The translations under genes and the position numbers were made by a program. Below, in pieces: positions 46,289-57,216 of a DNA stretch of 57,306 nucleotides. The notes beneath the pieces are model-generated. The model was not told the DNA's origin. It worked only from the letters and a program-made list of their open reading frames with translations, and did no database searches. Within the stretch, counting starts at the first letter, position 1. Each line of letters begins with the position of its first letter. This stretch comes from an uncultured Gammaproteobacteria bacterium (GTDB lineage Bacteria; Patescibacteriota; Patescibacteriia; Patescibacteriales; UBA12465). Location of the stretch: NCBI GenBank assembly GCA_964517555.1, contig CAZFEF010000003.1, positions 1 to 57,306 on the forward strand, read 5' to 3'.

Positions 46289-46881
46289 TGGAAGAGACAT
46301 ATTTAACTAAAGCGCTGGTATTAAAACGCGAGGCCTATAGAGAATTCGACGGCCGCGTTTTAGTTTATAGCCAAGACAGGGGCAAGCTAGATTTGGTAGC
46401 GCGAGGTATGTTAAGACCGGGTTCTAAGTTGGCGGCTCATTTGGAGCCGATCACCTTGATTAATTTAATGGTGATCAAAGGCAAGAATCGAGACTATGTC
46501 GGTAGCGCTATCGGTCTTGATAGTTATGCCCGGATCAAAGCTGACGTCAACCGAATCTATTATGTCGGCCTAGCTTGGAACTTGTTTAATCGTCTGGTGC
46601 ATTGGGAACACGAAGATCAAGTTTTGTTTGCTCTTTTGGTTGATTTTTTGGACGCTATCTCTGAATCGGTTGAACCAGCCGGACTCTATCAGATCTTTAG
46701 TTTACGATTGATTGCTATTTTGGGGTATAGTCCCGATTTAGATCAAGTATCGTTGTCAACCTCTTCAGTAGCTGTTTTGCGGCGGATATTATCCTCAGAT
46801 TCGCCATTTTTAGAGAAAATTGAGTCTGAGGAAGAGCTGATTGAAATTATCCCAAAAATAGTGGAATATAGTGTTTTTTAG
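46288..46881 (+). CDS. recO: DNA repair protein RecO (short form)
   Basis: N-terminal OB segment ALVLKREAYREFDGRVLVYSQDRGKLDLVARG followed by a helical domain. Size and layout fit a compact RecO. Confidence 0.7.
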   Translation: MEETYLTKALVLKREAYREFDGRVLVYSQDRGKLDLVARGMLRPGSKLAAHLEPITLINLMVIKGKNRDYVGSAIGLDSYARIKADVNRIYYVGLAWNLFNRLVHWEHEDQVLFALLVDFLDAISESVEPAGLYQIFSLRLIAILGYSPDLDQVSLSTSSVAVLRRILSSDSPFLEKIESEEELIEIIPKIVEYSVF

Positions 46882-46883
46882 GC

Positions 46884-46912
46884 TTGATTAAAGCCAGGAA
46901 AACCGCTATAAT
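46884..46912 (+). promoter_or_regulatory. Promoter for aspS-asnS
   Basis: TTGATT, 17-nt spacer, TATAAT. Confidence 0.6.
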
Positions 46913-46941
46913 TCAAGTATATTTATCAACATTTAAATAAT

Positions 46942-48240
46942 ATGATGTCTATCAACCAAGCTAAAAGCCAAGGTCAGGGAGAGGTAGTCTTATCCGGCTT
47001 TGTCTATAATCGTCGGGCCCATAAAGGGGTCGTTTTTGTTGACTTGCGTGATGCCTCCGGAGTTATCCAGGTGGTTGTAGTTGCTGACCAAGGTGAAGCT
47101 TATGCTCAGGCAGAAAAATTAACCCTAGAAAGCTATATCACCGTTACCGGTACCTTGCAGGAGAAGCCAGCCAAAAAGGGAGCTGAAGAACAAAAAGATT
47201 TTGAAGTTTTGGCTAGCCGGTTGGTAATTGAATCTTTGGCGTTGGAGCAATTGCCGATTCCGGTTTTGAATAAAATTGATAATGAGGCAGATATAGATTT
47301 GCGTTTTGATTGGCGCTTCCTGGACTTACGTCAGAGTGAAAAGCAGATGATCTTTAAGGTTTGGACTGAATTAGAAAAAGGTTGTCGCCGTTATTTTGAC
47401 GAAGCCGGGTTTATCCAACTCTACACCCCTACTTTCATGAATACTGCCTCTGAAACTGGAGCCGATGTTTTTACGGTTAAGTATTTCGATCGCCAAGCTT
47501 ATCTAGCCCAGTCACCGCAGTTTTATAAACAGATGGCCATGGCTTCGGGCCTGGAAAGAGTGTTCATGGTCGGTACTGTCTATCGCGCCGAGAAATCATT
47601 TACCAATCGCCACGTGACCGAGTTCACTGGTTGGGATTTTGAATTAGCCAATATCAATTCTCACTATGATATCATTGAGCAGGAGGAGGCGATGCTCGTG
47701 GCTGGTTTTTCGCAGGTCAAGGAGAGATTAGGTATAGATGTTGTTGTTCCGTCTCGTCCTTTTCCGCGCATTAGCTTAAAACAAGCCAAGGAAAAATTGG
47801 CGGCTCAAGGGATAAAGTCAGAAGCGATTGATGATTTTAGTCCGGAAGAAGAGAGGGAAATTTGTAGAATAATCAAAGAAGAGACTGGACATGATTTTGT
47901 TTTTGTCACTGATTATCCTTTTTCTGCTCGCCCTTTCTATCACATGTTGCATGAGGACAATTCAGAATTAACCAAGAGTTTCGACTTACTTTATCGAGGC
48001 GTGGAAATTACCACTGGCGCTCAACGGGAACACCGCATTGAAGTGTTGGAGAAACAAGCCTTGGCTAAGAATATGAATTTAGAGGAGCTAAACGATTACT
48101 TGAATTTTTTCCGTTATGGCATACCGTCTCATGGCGGTGTCGGTATTGGTCCGGCTAGAATAGTGATGAAATTACTCAATTTAGCCAATGTCAAAGAGGC
48201 GGTTTATCTGCCGCGAGATGTTAAGCGCTTAAGACCATAA
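46942..48240 (+). CDS. aspS: Aspartyl-tRNA synthetase, compact archaeal/eukaryotic-type (no bacterial insertion domain)
   Basis: Class IIb motifs [21 protein letters not shown] and [12 protein letters not shown]. At 432 aa it is too short for the bacterial-type enzyme. Confidence 0.88.
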   Translation: MMSINQAKSQGQGEVVLSGFVYNRRAHKGVVFVDLRDASGVIQVVVVADQGEAYAQAEKLTLESYITVTGTLQEKPAKKGAEEQKDFEVLASRLVIESLALEQLPIPVLNKIDNEADIDLRFDWRFLDLRQSEKQMIFKVWTELEKGCRRYFDEAGFIQLYTPTFMNTASETGADVFTVKYFDRQAYLAQSPQFYKQMAMASGLERVFMVGTVYRAEKSFTNRHVTEFTGWDFELANINSHYDIIEQEEAMLVAGFSQVKERLGIDVVVPSRPFPRISLKQAKEKLAAQGIKSEAIDDFSPEEEREICRIIKEETGHDFVFVTDYPFSARPFYHMLHEDNSELTKSFDLLYRGVEITTGAQREHRIEVLEKQALAKNMNLEELNDYLNFFRYGIPSHGGVGIGPARIVMKLLNLANVKEAVYLPRDVKRLRP

Positions 48241-48250
48241 TTTTGATTAT

Positions 48251-49636
48251 ATGATTTATATCAAAGATTTATATCAGCGAACCGGTGAATTTTTGGACAA
48301 AGAGATAGAATTGCAGGGCTGGATCAGGAATAGCCGCTCTTCTAAAGAATTTGGTTTTATTGAATTAAATGACGGCACTTTTTTTAAAGGAGTCCAGGTG
48401 GTCTATGCCGCCGCCTTAAGCAACTTTGCTGATATTGAGCGAGCTACTCTAGGCTCGGCTTTGACTGTTAAGGGGCAGTTAATTAAGTCACCTAAAGCTG
48501 AACAAGATTTTGAATTGCAGGCCAAGGAAATCATTATTGAATCTTTGGCACTGGCTGATTATCCTTTGCAGAAGAAACGGCATAGTTTTGAGTTTTTGCG
48601 GACCATTGCCCATTTGCGGTCTCGCAGTAATACTTTTTCAGCTGTCTTCCGTTTACGCTCGGTCTTAAGTTATGCTATCCATCGCTTCTTTCAAGAAAAG
48701 GGTTTTGTCTATGCTCATACTCCGATTATCACCACTTCTGATTGCGAAGGGGCCGGGGAAATGTTTAATGTCACTACACTAGATTTAAAGAAACCGCCGC
48801 TAGACAAGCAAGGGCAGATTGATTATTCCCAAGATTTTTTTGGTAGCCAGGCTGGGTTAACTGTCAGTGGCCAGCTAAACGCTGAAGCTTTGGCCCTGGC
48901 TTTTAACAAGGTCTATACTTTTGGTCCGACTTTCAGGGCTGAAAATTCTAATACTACTCGCCATGCGGCTGAATTTTGGATGCTGGAACCGGAGATATAT
49001 TTTGCTGAGCTGAAAGACGATATGGATTTAGCCGAGGAAATGATGAAGTATTTGATTAATTATGTTCTGCAAGAATTACCGGAAGAGATGAAGTTCTTTG
49101 ATGAGTTTATCGAACCAGGGCTCATAGCTCGATTGAAGCAACTGGCTGCTGCTGATTTTAAGCGCCTGACTTATACCGAGGCGATTGATATTTTATTGAA
49201 ATCTCCGAAGAAGTTTATTTACCCGGTTAAATGGGGGATAGATCTGCAAACCGAACATGAACGCTATTTAACCGATGAGGTTTTTCAAGGGCCAGTTTTT
49301 GTCACTGATTATCCAGAAAATATTAAGGCTTTCTATATGCGCCTAAATGACGACCAGAAAACTGTAGCCGCTATGGATCTTTTGGTGCCGGGGGTAGGGG
49401 AGATAATCGGCGGTAGTCAAAGGGAAGAGCGCAGCGAAAAACTGGAAGCTAGAATGCGACAGTTTAAATTAGATCCAGAAGAGTATCGTTGGTATTTAGA
49501 ATTGCGTCATTACGGCGGCGTCAAGCATTGTGGTTTTGGTTTAGGCTTTGAACGCTTAGTGATGTACTTAAGCGGCATGGCCAATATTCGCGATGTCATT
49601 CCGTTTCCGCGAACGCCTAAGAATGCCGACTTTTAA
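48251..49636 (+). CDS. asnS: Asparaginyl-tRNA synthetase
   Basis: [22 protein letters not shown] and [12 protein letters not shown] motifs. Confidence 0.92.
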   Translation: MIYIKDLYQRTGEFLDKEIELQGWIRNSRSSKEFGFIELNDGTFFKGVQVVYAAALSNFADIERATLGSALTVKGQLIKSPKAEQDFELQAKEIIIESLALADYPLQKKRHSFEFLRTIAHLRSRSNTFSAVFRLRSVLSYAIHRFFQEKGFVYAHTPIITTSDCEGAGEMFNVTTLDLKKPPLDKQGQIDYSQDFFGSQAGLTVSGQLNAEALALAFNKVYTFGPTFRAENSNTTRHAAEFWMLEPEIYFAELKDDMDLAEEMMKYLINYVLQELPEEMKFFDEFIEPGLIARLKQLAAADFKRLTYTEAIDILLKSPKKFIYPVKWGIDLQTEHERYLTDEVFQGPVFVTDYPENIKAFYMRLNDDQKTVAAMDLLVPGVGEIIGGSQREERSEKLEARMRQFKLDPEEYRWYLELRHYGGVKHCGFGLGFERLVMYLSGMANIRDVIPFPRTPKNADF

Positions 49637-49650
49637 TTAATTTTAATTAT

Positions 49651-50574
49651 ATGAATCAACATCATGCCAAGTACGCTTTTTATTACTTGTTATCGCTTCT
49701 AGCCTTGGTATTTATGGCGATTTCGGTCGGCATCGTTTCCTTTCAGCTGATCAACAAATATCTTTTTGACGCTTTAAGCACCAATTCAGATTATGTTTCC
49801 AATGAAGCTTTGCGTTTTGCCATTTCTGCTCTATTGATTTCCACCCCTTTGTTTTTCGTCATCTCCAAACTTATCCGAAAAGGATTAAAGCAGGGGGAAC
49901 TGCTTTTGGATTCACCGGTCCGTCGCTGGCTAACCTATTTTATCCTTCTAGTTTCCTCCTTAGTAGTGGTGGGGTCGCTAATCGCTTTGATTAATAATTT
50001 CTTGTCCGGCGAAGCTACTTGGCGGTCGGTCTTGAAAATTATTACTGTTTTAGTTTTGGGAGCTTTAGTTTTTTCTTTCTATCTCCAGGAAATCCGACAG
50101 AAGCTGGTCGCTGGATTAAAGACGATTACTAGAATTTATTTTATCGTTTCTTTGGTCCTGGTTTTGGCCGCTTTTGTGATGGCTTGGGTGTTGGTTGATT
50201 CGCCGCAAGAAGCTAGGGCCAAGAGGCTAGATCAGGTTTTGGCTAATAATGTTTCAACGATCGAAAGTTTTGTAAATACCTATTATCAGAAAAATGATCG
50301 CTTGCCCAGCGCTTTATCCGAACTGCAAGCTGATAAAGATTTTCAGTATAATTCCGAGGTTTGGTCTGATCCGGAAACAGGAAAAGAGATTGAATATATT
50401 CAAAAGGGTGAAAAAGAATTTGAGCTTTGTGCTGAATTTAGAACCGACACCAAGAACGGTGATTACCCCTCTTATGCCAGCCCGGTTATGGGCGTGATGA
50501 ATCACGGCTCCGGTCGTCAGTGTTTTCCGGGGAATCTTTGGTCAGAAACTAAAGAAATTAAAATCGCTCCCTAA
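49651..50574 (+). CDS. Hypothetical multi-helix membrane protein with a C-terminal soluble domain (DUF5671-like)
   Basis: Five to six helices, then a roughly 110-aa tail containing two Cys (CAEF...RQCFPG). The family assignment is from memory only. Confidence 0.5.
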   Translation: MNQHHAKYAFYYLLSLLALVFMAISVGIVSFQLINKYLFDALSTNSDYVSNEALRFAISALLISTPLFFVISKLIRKGLKQGELLLDSPVRRWLTYFILLVSSLVVVGSLIALINNFLSGEATWRSVLKIITVLVLGALVFSFYLQEIRQKLVAGLKTITRIYFIVSLVLVLAAFVMAWVLVDSPQEARAKRLDQVLANNVSTIESFVNTYYQKNDRLPSALSELQADKDFQYNSEVWSDPETGKEIEYIQKGEKEFELCAEFRTDTKNGDYPSYASPVMGVMNHGSGRQCFPGNLWSETKEIKIAP

Positions 50575-50577
50575 ACT

Positions 50578-51297
50578 ATGATGCAATTTCAGACCGAAAA
50601 ATTTAACGGTCCTTTAGACTTGCTTTTGGCCTTAATCGAGCAGGAGGAGTTGGATATTACCGAAATTTCTTTGGCTAAAATTGCCGATGAGTATGTCCGC
50701 TATATCAAAACAGCCACGGATATCAATCCGGAGCAAATTGCTGATTTTCTGGTAGTGGCCGCCAAATTGCTCTATATCAAGTCTAAAGCCTTACTGCCTT
50801 ATCTAGCCACCCCCGAGGAGGATGAGGAGGCCAGAGAGCTGGAAGAGCAATTGCGGATGTATAAGGAGTTTTTGGAGGCTAGCGCTCAAATTGAAAAACG
50901 CCTAGCTAAAAAGCAATTTTTATTCATGCGTGACTATGGCAAGAGTGGCCGTCGGCGTCGTTTGTTTCTGGACAAGAGCTTTTCTCCGCCCCAGGGCCTA
51001 ACCAAAGAAAAGCTAAAAGAATATTTTCAATATCTCCTGGGAACTATCGTCGGAGAAGAAGAGGAGTTACGCGAGGAGAGAATTGAATACAAAATCAGCA
51101 TCGAAGAGCGCATCGCTTATATCCAACAGGCATTACTGGAAAGAATTTGTTTTAGCTTTTCTCAAATAGTATCCGCCGCCAAAAACAAGACTGAAGTGAT
51201 TGTCAATTTCTTAGCGGTTTTGGAGCTAGCCAAACAGAAGGAATTGAGATTTGAGCAGGCTGATTTGTTTCAAGAGATTATTATTAATAAACTGTAA
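50578..51297 (+). CDS. scpA: Segregation and condensation protein A (kleisin)
   Basis: FNGPLDLLLALIEQEELDITEISLAKIADEY N-terminal motif. Confidence 0.9.
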   Translation: MMQFQTEKFNGPLDLLLALIEQEELDITEISLAKIADEYVRYIKTATDINPEQIADFLVVAAKLLYIKSKALLPYLATPEEDEEARELEEQLRMYKEFLEASAQIEKRLAKKQFLFMRDYGKSGRRRRLFLDKSFSPPQGLTKEKLKEYFQYLLGTIVGEEEELREERIEYKISIEERIAYIQQALLERICFSFSQIVSAAKNKTEVIVNFLAVLELAKQKELRFEQADLFQEIIINKL

Positions 51298-51298
51298 T

Positions 51299-51853
51299 AT
51301 GAAAAATAATAGTGCCGCCCTCGAAGCCATTTTATTTGTCGCCAATAAACCCTTGGCGCTTAATGAGCTGTCTAAATTATTTTCACTCAAAGAGTCAGAA
51401 GTGGAAACTTTGTTGGAGGAATTGATTGGTGAATATCAGGAGCGTCAGGGGGGATTACGATTGATAAAATCAGGCACTAAATACCAATTAGTCACGGCGC
51501 CGGAAACAGCGGCGATAGTTAGAGAGTTTCTGCAGGATGAGATGTCGGGAGAATTGACTCGTCCCAGCTTAGAGGCTCTGACTATTATTGCTTATCGCGG
51601 GCCAATCGCTAAGATAGACTTGGATAGGATCAGGGGCGTAAATTGTGCTTTGATTTTGCGCAATTTATTGATTCGCGGATTAATTGAAGAAGAATTTGAT
51701 AAACAGAAAAACGAAACCTATTACCGAGTGTCATTAGATTTTATCCGTTATTTAGGAGTTAACCGGGTGGAGGAATTGCCAGACTATGAGAAACTACATC
51801 AGGATGAGAGCATCGATCGCTTAATTAATCGGGTGGAAGGGGAAAATATCTAA
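51299..51853 (+). CDS. scpB: Segregation and condensation protein B
   Basis: LEAILFVANKPL and LTRPSLEALTIIAYRGPI winged-helix motifs. The track start at 51251 overlaps scpA, so ATG 51299 is preferred. Confidence 0.9.
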   Translation: MKNNSAALEAILFVANKPLALNELSKLFSLKESEVETLLEELIGEYQERQGGLRLIKSGTKYQLVTAPETAAIVREFLQDEMSGELTRPSLEALTIIAYRGPIAKIDLDRIRGVNCALILRNLLIRGLIEEEFDKQKNETYYRVSLDFIRYLGVNRVEELPDYEKLHQDESIDRLINRVEGENI

Positions 51854-51856
51854 GTT

Positions 51857-52735
51857 ATGTTTATTTATATTCTAAAATTGGTTTTAGTGGTTTTGACTGG
51901 GGCTAATTTTGGCGCCGGACATCATAGCTTGGAGGCTACATTGGAGAAATCAGCTGATTATCAAAAACCCCAGTTATCCCAAGAAGCACCGCTAATGGTG
52001 ATTAATGCTGATGCCGCCGTAGTTTTAGACGTCAAAAGTGGTAGCGCTATTTTTAGCCAGCAGGCCAACAAAGAGCATGCCATTGCCAGTATTACCAAAT
52101 TGATGACGGCCTTAGTTTTCCTGGAGCATAATCCGGGCTGGGAAGAATATTATCAGATTAAATCTGAAGATCTAAAGACCGGTGGACGGTTGTATGCCGG
52201 AGAGAAGATTAGGGTTCGAGATCTATTCTCGGCGATGCTGATCGGTTCCGACAATACGGCCGCGGCGGCTTTAGTGGCGGCTACCGGATTGGATAATAGC
52301 AGTTTTGTAAAATTAATGAATCAGAAGGCTTTGGATTTAGGCTTGAGCCATACCACCTTCGTTGACCCTATTGGCTTAGAGAGAAATTTGTCTAGCGCTT
52401 TAGAGGTGGCTAAACTGACTAAAACTGCCCTGGATAATTTAGAAATTGTCAGGACAGTATCCTTGTCAGAAGTAGAGTTTGACACTGGTGATGGAGTTCG
52501 GAAGAAAATCACTTCCACTAATTATTTGTTAAATAGTTTTTCTGAAACCGGTATGCAGATCATCGGCGGCAAGACTGGTTATACTGATTTGGCCGGCTAT
52601 TGCTTAGCGGCTAAATTCAGCGACAGTTTGGGGCATACCACTATTTCTGTAGTTTTGGGAGCCAAAAGCGAAGCTGAAAGATTTAGCGAAACTGCCAAAC
52701 TAGCTCGGTTCGCCTATCGTTATTTTAAGTGGTAA
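51857..52735 (+). CDS. D-alanyl-D-alanine carboxypeptidase (S11, PBP5-like)
   Basis: SxxK (ASITKLMT), SxN (GSDN) and KTG (GGKTGYT) motifs, with an N-terminal signal/anchor. Confidence 0.88.
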   Translation: MFIYILKLVLVVLTGANFGAGHHSLEATLEKSADYQKPQLSQEAPLMVINADAAVVLDVKSGSAIFSQQANKEHAIASITKLMTALVFLEHNPGWEEYYQIKSEDLKTGGRLYAGEKIRVRDLFSAMLIGSDNTAAAALVAATGLDNSSFVKLMNQKALDLGLSHTTFVDPIGLERNLSSALEVAKLTKTALDNLEIVRTVSLSEVEFDTGDGVRKKITSTNYLLNSFSETGMQIIGGKTGYTDLAGYCLAAKFSDSLGHTTISVVLGAKSEAERFSETAKLARFAYRYFKW

Positions 52736-52741
52736 TTTGTT

Positions 52742-53215
52742 ATGAAATTATTTTTACACATTTTTGGAAAGTTTAAGGTCTGGGGCTATCATCGTTATCC
52801 CAGAATTTATAGTCTCTTGCACTATCGCCGGGCAGTGGTAAAGTTTATTATGAGCGGTTTTATCGCCACGGCCGTCGATTTAGCCGTCCTGTATGCTTGC
52901 CACGGGTTGCTAGGCATTAATGTTATCGTTTCCACCACTGTAGCCTATATTTTGTCATTTTGGGTCAGTTTCTATCTACAGAAATTTTGGACCTTCAATA
53001 ATCAGAATCGCCAAGGGATGTATAAGCAAGTTGGATTATATAGCATCATTGCTTTTATTAATTTGAACCTAAACGGATATTTGATGCATCTGGGGGTTAA
53101 TAATTTTCATATCTATTATCTGTTTTCTCAGGTGGCCGTTAGTTTGTTAATCGGAGTCGAGAGTTATTTGATTTATAAGTTTGTTATTTTCCGCAAAAAA
53201 GCGGTGGAAGCATAG
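52742..53215 (+). CDS. GtrA-family membrane protein
   Basis: Four helices with VKFIMSGFIATAVDLAVLY and a C-terminal YLIYKFVIFRKK, typical of GtrA-like proteins. Confidence 0.75.
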   Translation: MKLFLHIFGKFKVWGYHRYPRIYSLLHYRRAVVKFIMSGFIATAVDLAVLYACHGLLGINVIVSTTVAYILSFWVSFYLQKFWTFNNQNRQGMYKQVGLYSIIAFINLNLNGYLMHLGVNNFHIYYLFSQVAVSLLIGVESYLIYKFVIFRKKAVEA

Positions 53216-53218
53216 TTT

Positions 53219-53527
53219 ATGAAAATCACTATTCCTAAAAATTCATTGAGCGAAAATCCGGAGTCCTGGTTGCGTCATGCCGGCTATGGTTTGATATTTG
53301 ACCGTCAGCGTGGAGTTCAGAGTTTTGTTCGCCGTTTAGGAAGTAATTTCTATCCTCGAATTCACTTATACGTCGAAGAGCAAGGAGAAAATTGGACCTT
53401 CAATTTACACTTAGATCAGAAGCAGGCCAGTTATGCCGGAGCTCATATGCATAATGCCGAATATGATGGGGAAGTGGTGGGGGCTGAAGTGGAGCGCTTA
53501 AAATCATTATTACTCTTTTCATTATGA
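53219..53527 (+). CDS. Hypothetical protein translationally coupled to dnaG
   Basis: 102-aa ORF with several His (HLYV, HLDQK, GAHMHNAEYDG). Its stop overlaps the dnaG ATG in an ATGA motif. Confidence 0.55.
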   Translation: MKITIPKNSLSENPESWLRHAGYGLIFDRQRGVQSFVRRLGSNFYPRIHLYVEEQGENWTFNLHLDQKQASYAGAHMHNAEYDGEVVGAEVERLKSLLLFSL

Positions 53528-55317
53528 ACCCTTTAGAAGAGATAAAATCGAAATTGGATATTACCGAAGTATTAGGGGAGTATATCAGCCTCAAGCCCGC
53601 CGGGTCTAATCTGCGGGCTTTGTGCCCCTTTCACCACGAGAAGACTCCATCCTTTATGGTTTCACCGGAAAAACAAATCTGGCATTGTTTTGGTTGTCAG
53701 AAGGGCGGTGATATTTTTGGTTTTGTCATGGAAATGGAGGGTTTAAGTTTTTCTGAGGCTTTAAAGCAATTAGCGCATAAGGCAGGAGTAGTTTTGCGTC
53801 GGGATGATTTTTCCGATAGTTCTAAGCGGAATAAGTCATTAGATATTTTAGCAACGGCTAAAGAATACTATCAGCGCCAGATGTTGCTTAACGGACCAAT
53901 AAAGGATTATTTAAAAAGCCGAGGCTTGAATGAAAAAACTGTCAGGGAATGGCAAATTGGTTATAGCCCTAATAGCTTTGATGATTTGTTGAATTTTTTA
54001 AAGAAAAAAGGTTATAGCGATGAGGAGATATTTTTAGCCGGACTATCTCAGAAAAAAGAGGGAAGTGGCCGGTATTATAATCGCTTTCGTGATCGGATCA
54101 TGTTTCCGATCAATGATCCCTCCGGATTAACCATTGGCTTTACCGCTCGAATTAATCCTCAAGGCGCTAATGCTGAGATGGAAAAAATGGGGAAGTATAT
54201 TAATAGCCCTCAGACTTCTGTCTATGACAAAAGCCGGGCTTTGTTTGGCTTGGATAAGGCTAAACGAGCGATTAAGGATCAGGATTTAGCTATCGTGGTT
54301 GAAGGGCAAATGGATGCTATCACTGCTCAATCTCGCGGCTTTCAAAACACCGTGGCCTCTTCAGGCACAGCTTTGACTTTTAGCCAAGTAAAACTACTCA
54401 AACGATATAGTCAGAATTTGGCCTTAGCTTTTGATGCCGACAGCGCCGGACAAATAGCGGCCGACAGAGGAATCGCTGAGGCCTTGGCTCAAGAGATGAA
54501 CGTTTTAGTCATCGTTATTCCTGAAGGCAAAGATCCAGATGAGTGCTTGCGCCAACATCCAGAGAAATGGAGTTTGGCCGTGGAACAGGCTAAACCGGTT
54601 TTGGAATATTATTTTGAAAAAATTACCCATGGCGTCAATTTACAAGAAATCAGCCAGAAGAAAATCATCATCCCAAAAATGTTAGCCATGATTTCTAAGG
54701 TGAAAAACAATATTGAAGCCGATCATTGGCTAAAAAAACTGTCAGCTCAAACCAATTATGACGAAACCGTACTTCGGGAAGATTTGGCTAATATAAGGAA
54801 AAATATTAAGGAAAATAAGCCAGAAACAATTGAGACTGACGAGCGTTTCGCTCAGAAAAGTCGAGCCGAGAAAATGGCTGAACTCCTTTTATCCTTAGTG
54901 CTTAAAAAACCGGAATTCTTGGATTATGTGGTTAACAATTTCTTGCCCGAATGTCTGTCCAATGAGCTGTTGCGCCAGTTTTACAACACCTTAATAATCT
55001 ATTATAATACTAATCAGAGCTTGGACTATGCTGGTCTTCGATCGGAGCTATCTAGCCGGGCCCTAGATCAAGCCGAATTGTTGGACACTTTGTCTTTGTT
55101 GGCTGACAAAGATTTTGCCGAAGCTGACGCCTTGACGATCAAGGCAGAAATCATTAAACTGGTTGTCGGCCTAAAACACGATTATTATAAAACCAGGATG
55201 AGCCAGATTGAGAGCGATTTAGACCAGGTAGAAGCGGAAAATGATCAAGCGACTGCCGCTAAACTGATGGAAGAATTGCGAGAGCTGTCCGCTAAAATTA
55301 AAGAACTAAACCTCTAA
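53524..55317 (+). CDS. dnaG: DNA primase
   Basis: Zinc finger [13 protein letters not shown]...CFGCQKGGD, the RNA polymerase core, and [15 protein letters not shown]...DADSAG. Confidence 0.95.
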   Translation: MNPLEEIKSKLDITEVLGEYISLKPAGSNLRALCPFHHEKTPSFMVSPEKQIWHCFGCQKGGDIFGFVMEMEGLSFSEALKQLAHKAGVVLRRDDFSDSSKRNKSLDILATAKEYYQRQMLLNGPIKDYLKSRGLNEKTVREWQIGYSPNSFDDLLNFLKKKGYSDEEIFLAGLSQKKEGSGRYYNRFRDRIMFPINDPSGLTIGFTARINPQGANAEMEKMGKYINSPQTSVYDKSRALFGLDKAKRAIKDQDLAIVVEGQMDAITAQSRGFQNTVASSGTALTFSQVKLLKRYSQNLALAFDADSAGQIAADRGIAEALAQEMNVLVIVIPEGKDPDECLRQHPEKWSLAVEQAKPVLEYYFEKITHGVNLQEISQKKIIIPKMLAMISKVKNNIEADHWLKKLSAQTNYDETVLREDLANIRKNIKENKPETIETDERFAQKSRAEKMAELLLSLVLKKPEFLDYVVNNFLPECLSNELLRQFYNTLIIYYNTNQSLDYAGLRSELSSRALDQAELLDTLSLLADKDFAEADALTIKAEIIKLVVGLKHDYYKTRMSQIESDLDQVEAENDQATAAKLMEELRELSAKIKELNL

Positions 55318-55318
55318 T

Positions 55319-56572
55319 ATGAGATCTAAAAAAAATATCAAAAAGACGGTTATCAAAAAGAAACCGGCTAAAAAAGCTGTTTTCAAGAAAACGATTAAGG
55401 TCAAAACCAAACCGAAGTTTAAAGTTGCCCAGAAAAAAATGATTGCCAAAGCTAAGGTTAAGAAACGACCGTTTAAGATCGAACCCAAAGAAGTGGTGCG
55501 ACCGACTGAAGAACGAATGCAGGCGGTAATTGGCAAGGGGAGAACTAGGGGATTTGTAACCGAGACTGAATTATTATATCTCTTTCCAGAGCTAGAGGAG
55601 TATGTTTTTGATTATGATATTTTCTTGGGCAAACTACAGGAAGCTGGCGTGAAGATTATCGAAGACTCCGGTAATGTCTTAGGGCAATCAACTGAACTAC
55701 CGACTAAGGTTAAACCGGCTAATTTTGGATTAGATCTAACTAAGTTAAGCGCCGACTCTATTCAGATGTATTTGAAGGAAATCGGGAAGATACCGCTACT
55801 AAGCTCAGAGGAGGAGATCGAATTGGCCAAACGCAAGGAAAAAGGTGACAAGGAGGCTGAGCGCAAAATCATCGAAGCCAACCTTCGTTTAGTGGTGTCT
55901 ATTGCTAAGAAGTTCGCCAACGCTAAAGGCTTGGGTTTGCTGGACCTTATTCAAGAAGGTAATATTGGTTTGTTTCGGGCCGTGGAAAAGTTTGAGCATC
56001 GCAAAGGATTTAAATTTTCTACCTATGCTACCTGGTGGATTAGGCAGGCCATTACCCGCGCCTTAGCCGATCAATCGCGAACTATTAGAATTCCGGTTCA
56101 TATGGTGGAGACTATCAATAAGTTTCAGCAAGTACAAAGATTCTTGATTCAAGAATTGGGTCGAGAACCTTTGCCAGAAGAAGTGGCCGCGGAAATGGGT
56201 GAAGAGCTGGAGAAGGTGAGATATATCATTAAGATCTCCCAAGATACTATTTCTTTAGAAACAACCATTGGTGATGATGAGGATAATTCTACCCTTGAAG
56301 ATTTTATTGAAGATGTAAAAAACGAAACTCCAGATAGAACCGCCGCCCTGCAATTGCTCAAGGATTATGTTAAGGAAATCATTATCAATCTTTCCCCTCG
56401 AGAACAGAAGATTCTAGAGATGCGCTTCGGTTTAGTCGATGGCGTGGCCCATACCTTAGAGGAAGTGGGGCAGGAGTTTGAAGTTACCAGAGAAAGAATC
56501 AGACAAATTGAGGCCAAGGCCTTGGAGAAGATCAGAAAACTGAAAGGATTAGAAAAACTTCGCGACTATTAA
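55319..56572 (+). CDS. rpoD: Primary sigma factor (sigma70/RpoD) with a lysine-rich N-terminus
   Basis: Region 2 [16 protein letters not shown] and region 4 [24 protein letters not shown]. dnaG-rpoD linkage. Confidence 0.96.
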   Translation: MRSKKNIKKTVIKKKPAKKAVFKKTIKVKTKPKFKVAQKKMIAKAKVKKRPFKIEPKEVVRPTEERMQAVIGKGRTRGFVTETELLYLFPELEEYVFDYDIFLGKLQEAGVKIIEDSGNVLGQSTELPTKVKPANFGLDLTKLSADSIQMYLKEIGKIPLLSSEEEIELAKRKEKGDKEAERKIIEANLRLVVSIAKKFANAKGLGLLDLIQEGNIGLFRAVEKFEHRKGFKFSTYATWWIRQAITRALADQSRTIRIPVHMVETINKFQQVQRFLIQELGREPLPEEVAAEMGEELEKVRYIIKISQDTISLETTIGDDEDNSTLEDFIEDVKNETPDRTAALQLLKDYVKEIIINLSPREQKILEMRFGLVDGVAHTLEEVGQEFEVTRERIRQIEAKALEKIRKLKGLEKLRDY

Positions 56573-56601
56573 TTGACAGCCAGTTGGTTTTACGATATTA
56601 T
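56573..56601 (+). promoter_or_regulatory. Promoter for the tRNA gene
   Basis: TTGACA (56573-56578), 17-nt spacer, TATTAT (56596-56601), about 27 nt before tRNA position 1. Confidence 0.6.
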
Positions 56602-56662
56602 AATTCATGTTTTAAAAATTTAATATATTCCCGGGTAGCGCAGCGGTAGCGCAGTTGACTGT

Positions 56663-57216
56663 GAACGCACTCTCTTATTCTTATGTAACTATTTCGTATG
56701 CAAAAAGAAAAGAGAAAATATGCCGACAGGGCCGAATATATGAAAGCGGCCGTTGACAAAAGACGCAAGAAGATTCGTCAGATGGCGGTTGAACATCAGG
56801 GTGGAAAATGCATGATTTGTGGCTACAATAAATGCTTAAAAGCCCTAGAGTTCCATCATCTAGAATCTGGAAAGAAGGATTTTGGTATTTCTGCTAAAGG
56901 TTATACTAGAAGTTGGAAATCAGTAGCGGAAGAACTAAAAAAATGTATTCTCTTGTGTGCTAATTGTCATCGCGAAGTGCATGAAGGCATTACGCAGCTT
57001 CCTCGAGCAATCGAGGTCGAAAAACAAGGTGAATTGCTGGAAGCCTAAAGTTGAAAAATTATGGTAATCAGCAGCCAAGCCCGCATAGGTATGCGTGGAA
57101 GGTTCAGAGACTATCCCGAAAGGGAGTAGGGCCCCAGAATGGAGCTCGAAGCGCCTTGCACCCCATAATATGGGTGATGATATAGTCCACCCCATTAGGA
57201 AACTTTTGGATAAGTG
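56663..57216 (+). mobile_element. Group I intron (IC3-like core) in the anticodon loop
   Basis: R element GGTTCAGAGACTAT and S element GATATAGTCC, with P7 GACTAT/ATAGTC. P4 TTGCTG/CAGCAG in a Q-like AATCAGCAGCCAAGCC. P3 CAAGG/CCTTG. P2 CCTCGA-GCAA-TCGAGG. Guide ATTA-C-GCAG pairs with the 3' exon TAAT and the 5' exon CTGT (U-G wobble at the splice site). The intron ends in G. Confidence 0.8.
56698..57048 (+). CDS. Intron-encoded HNH homing endonuclease
   Basis: CMICGYNKCLKALEFHHL...LLCANCHREVHEG (CxxC...HH...CxxCH). The ORF lies in the P1 loop and runs through P2-P5 of the intron. Confidence 0.82.
   Translation: MQKEKRKYADRAEYMKAAVDKRRKKIRQMAVEHQGGKCMICGYNKCLKALEFHHLESGKKDFGISAKGYTRSWKSVAEELKKCILLCANCHREVHEGITQLPRAIEVEKQGELLEA

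Noticed and set aside
56651-56668. Reading the 5' tRNA half as tRNA-His (loop CTGTGAA, anticodon GTG) or tRNA-Thr (CT|TGTAA)
   Set aside because: His would need G-1 and C73 and would place the intron outside the loop. The Thr option (splice after 56660) has no matching guide sequence. The Asn option has both P1 (CTGT/GCAG) and P10 (TAAT/ATTA) pairings, plus U1-A72/G73.
56935-57195. 86-aa minus-strand ORF
   Set aside because: It lies antisense to the HNH ORF 3' end and the group I intron catalytic core (P3-P8), and is a chance ORF.
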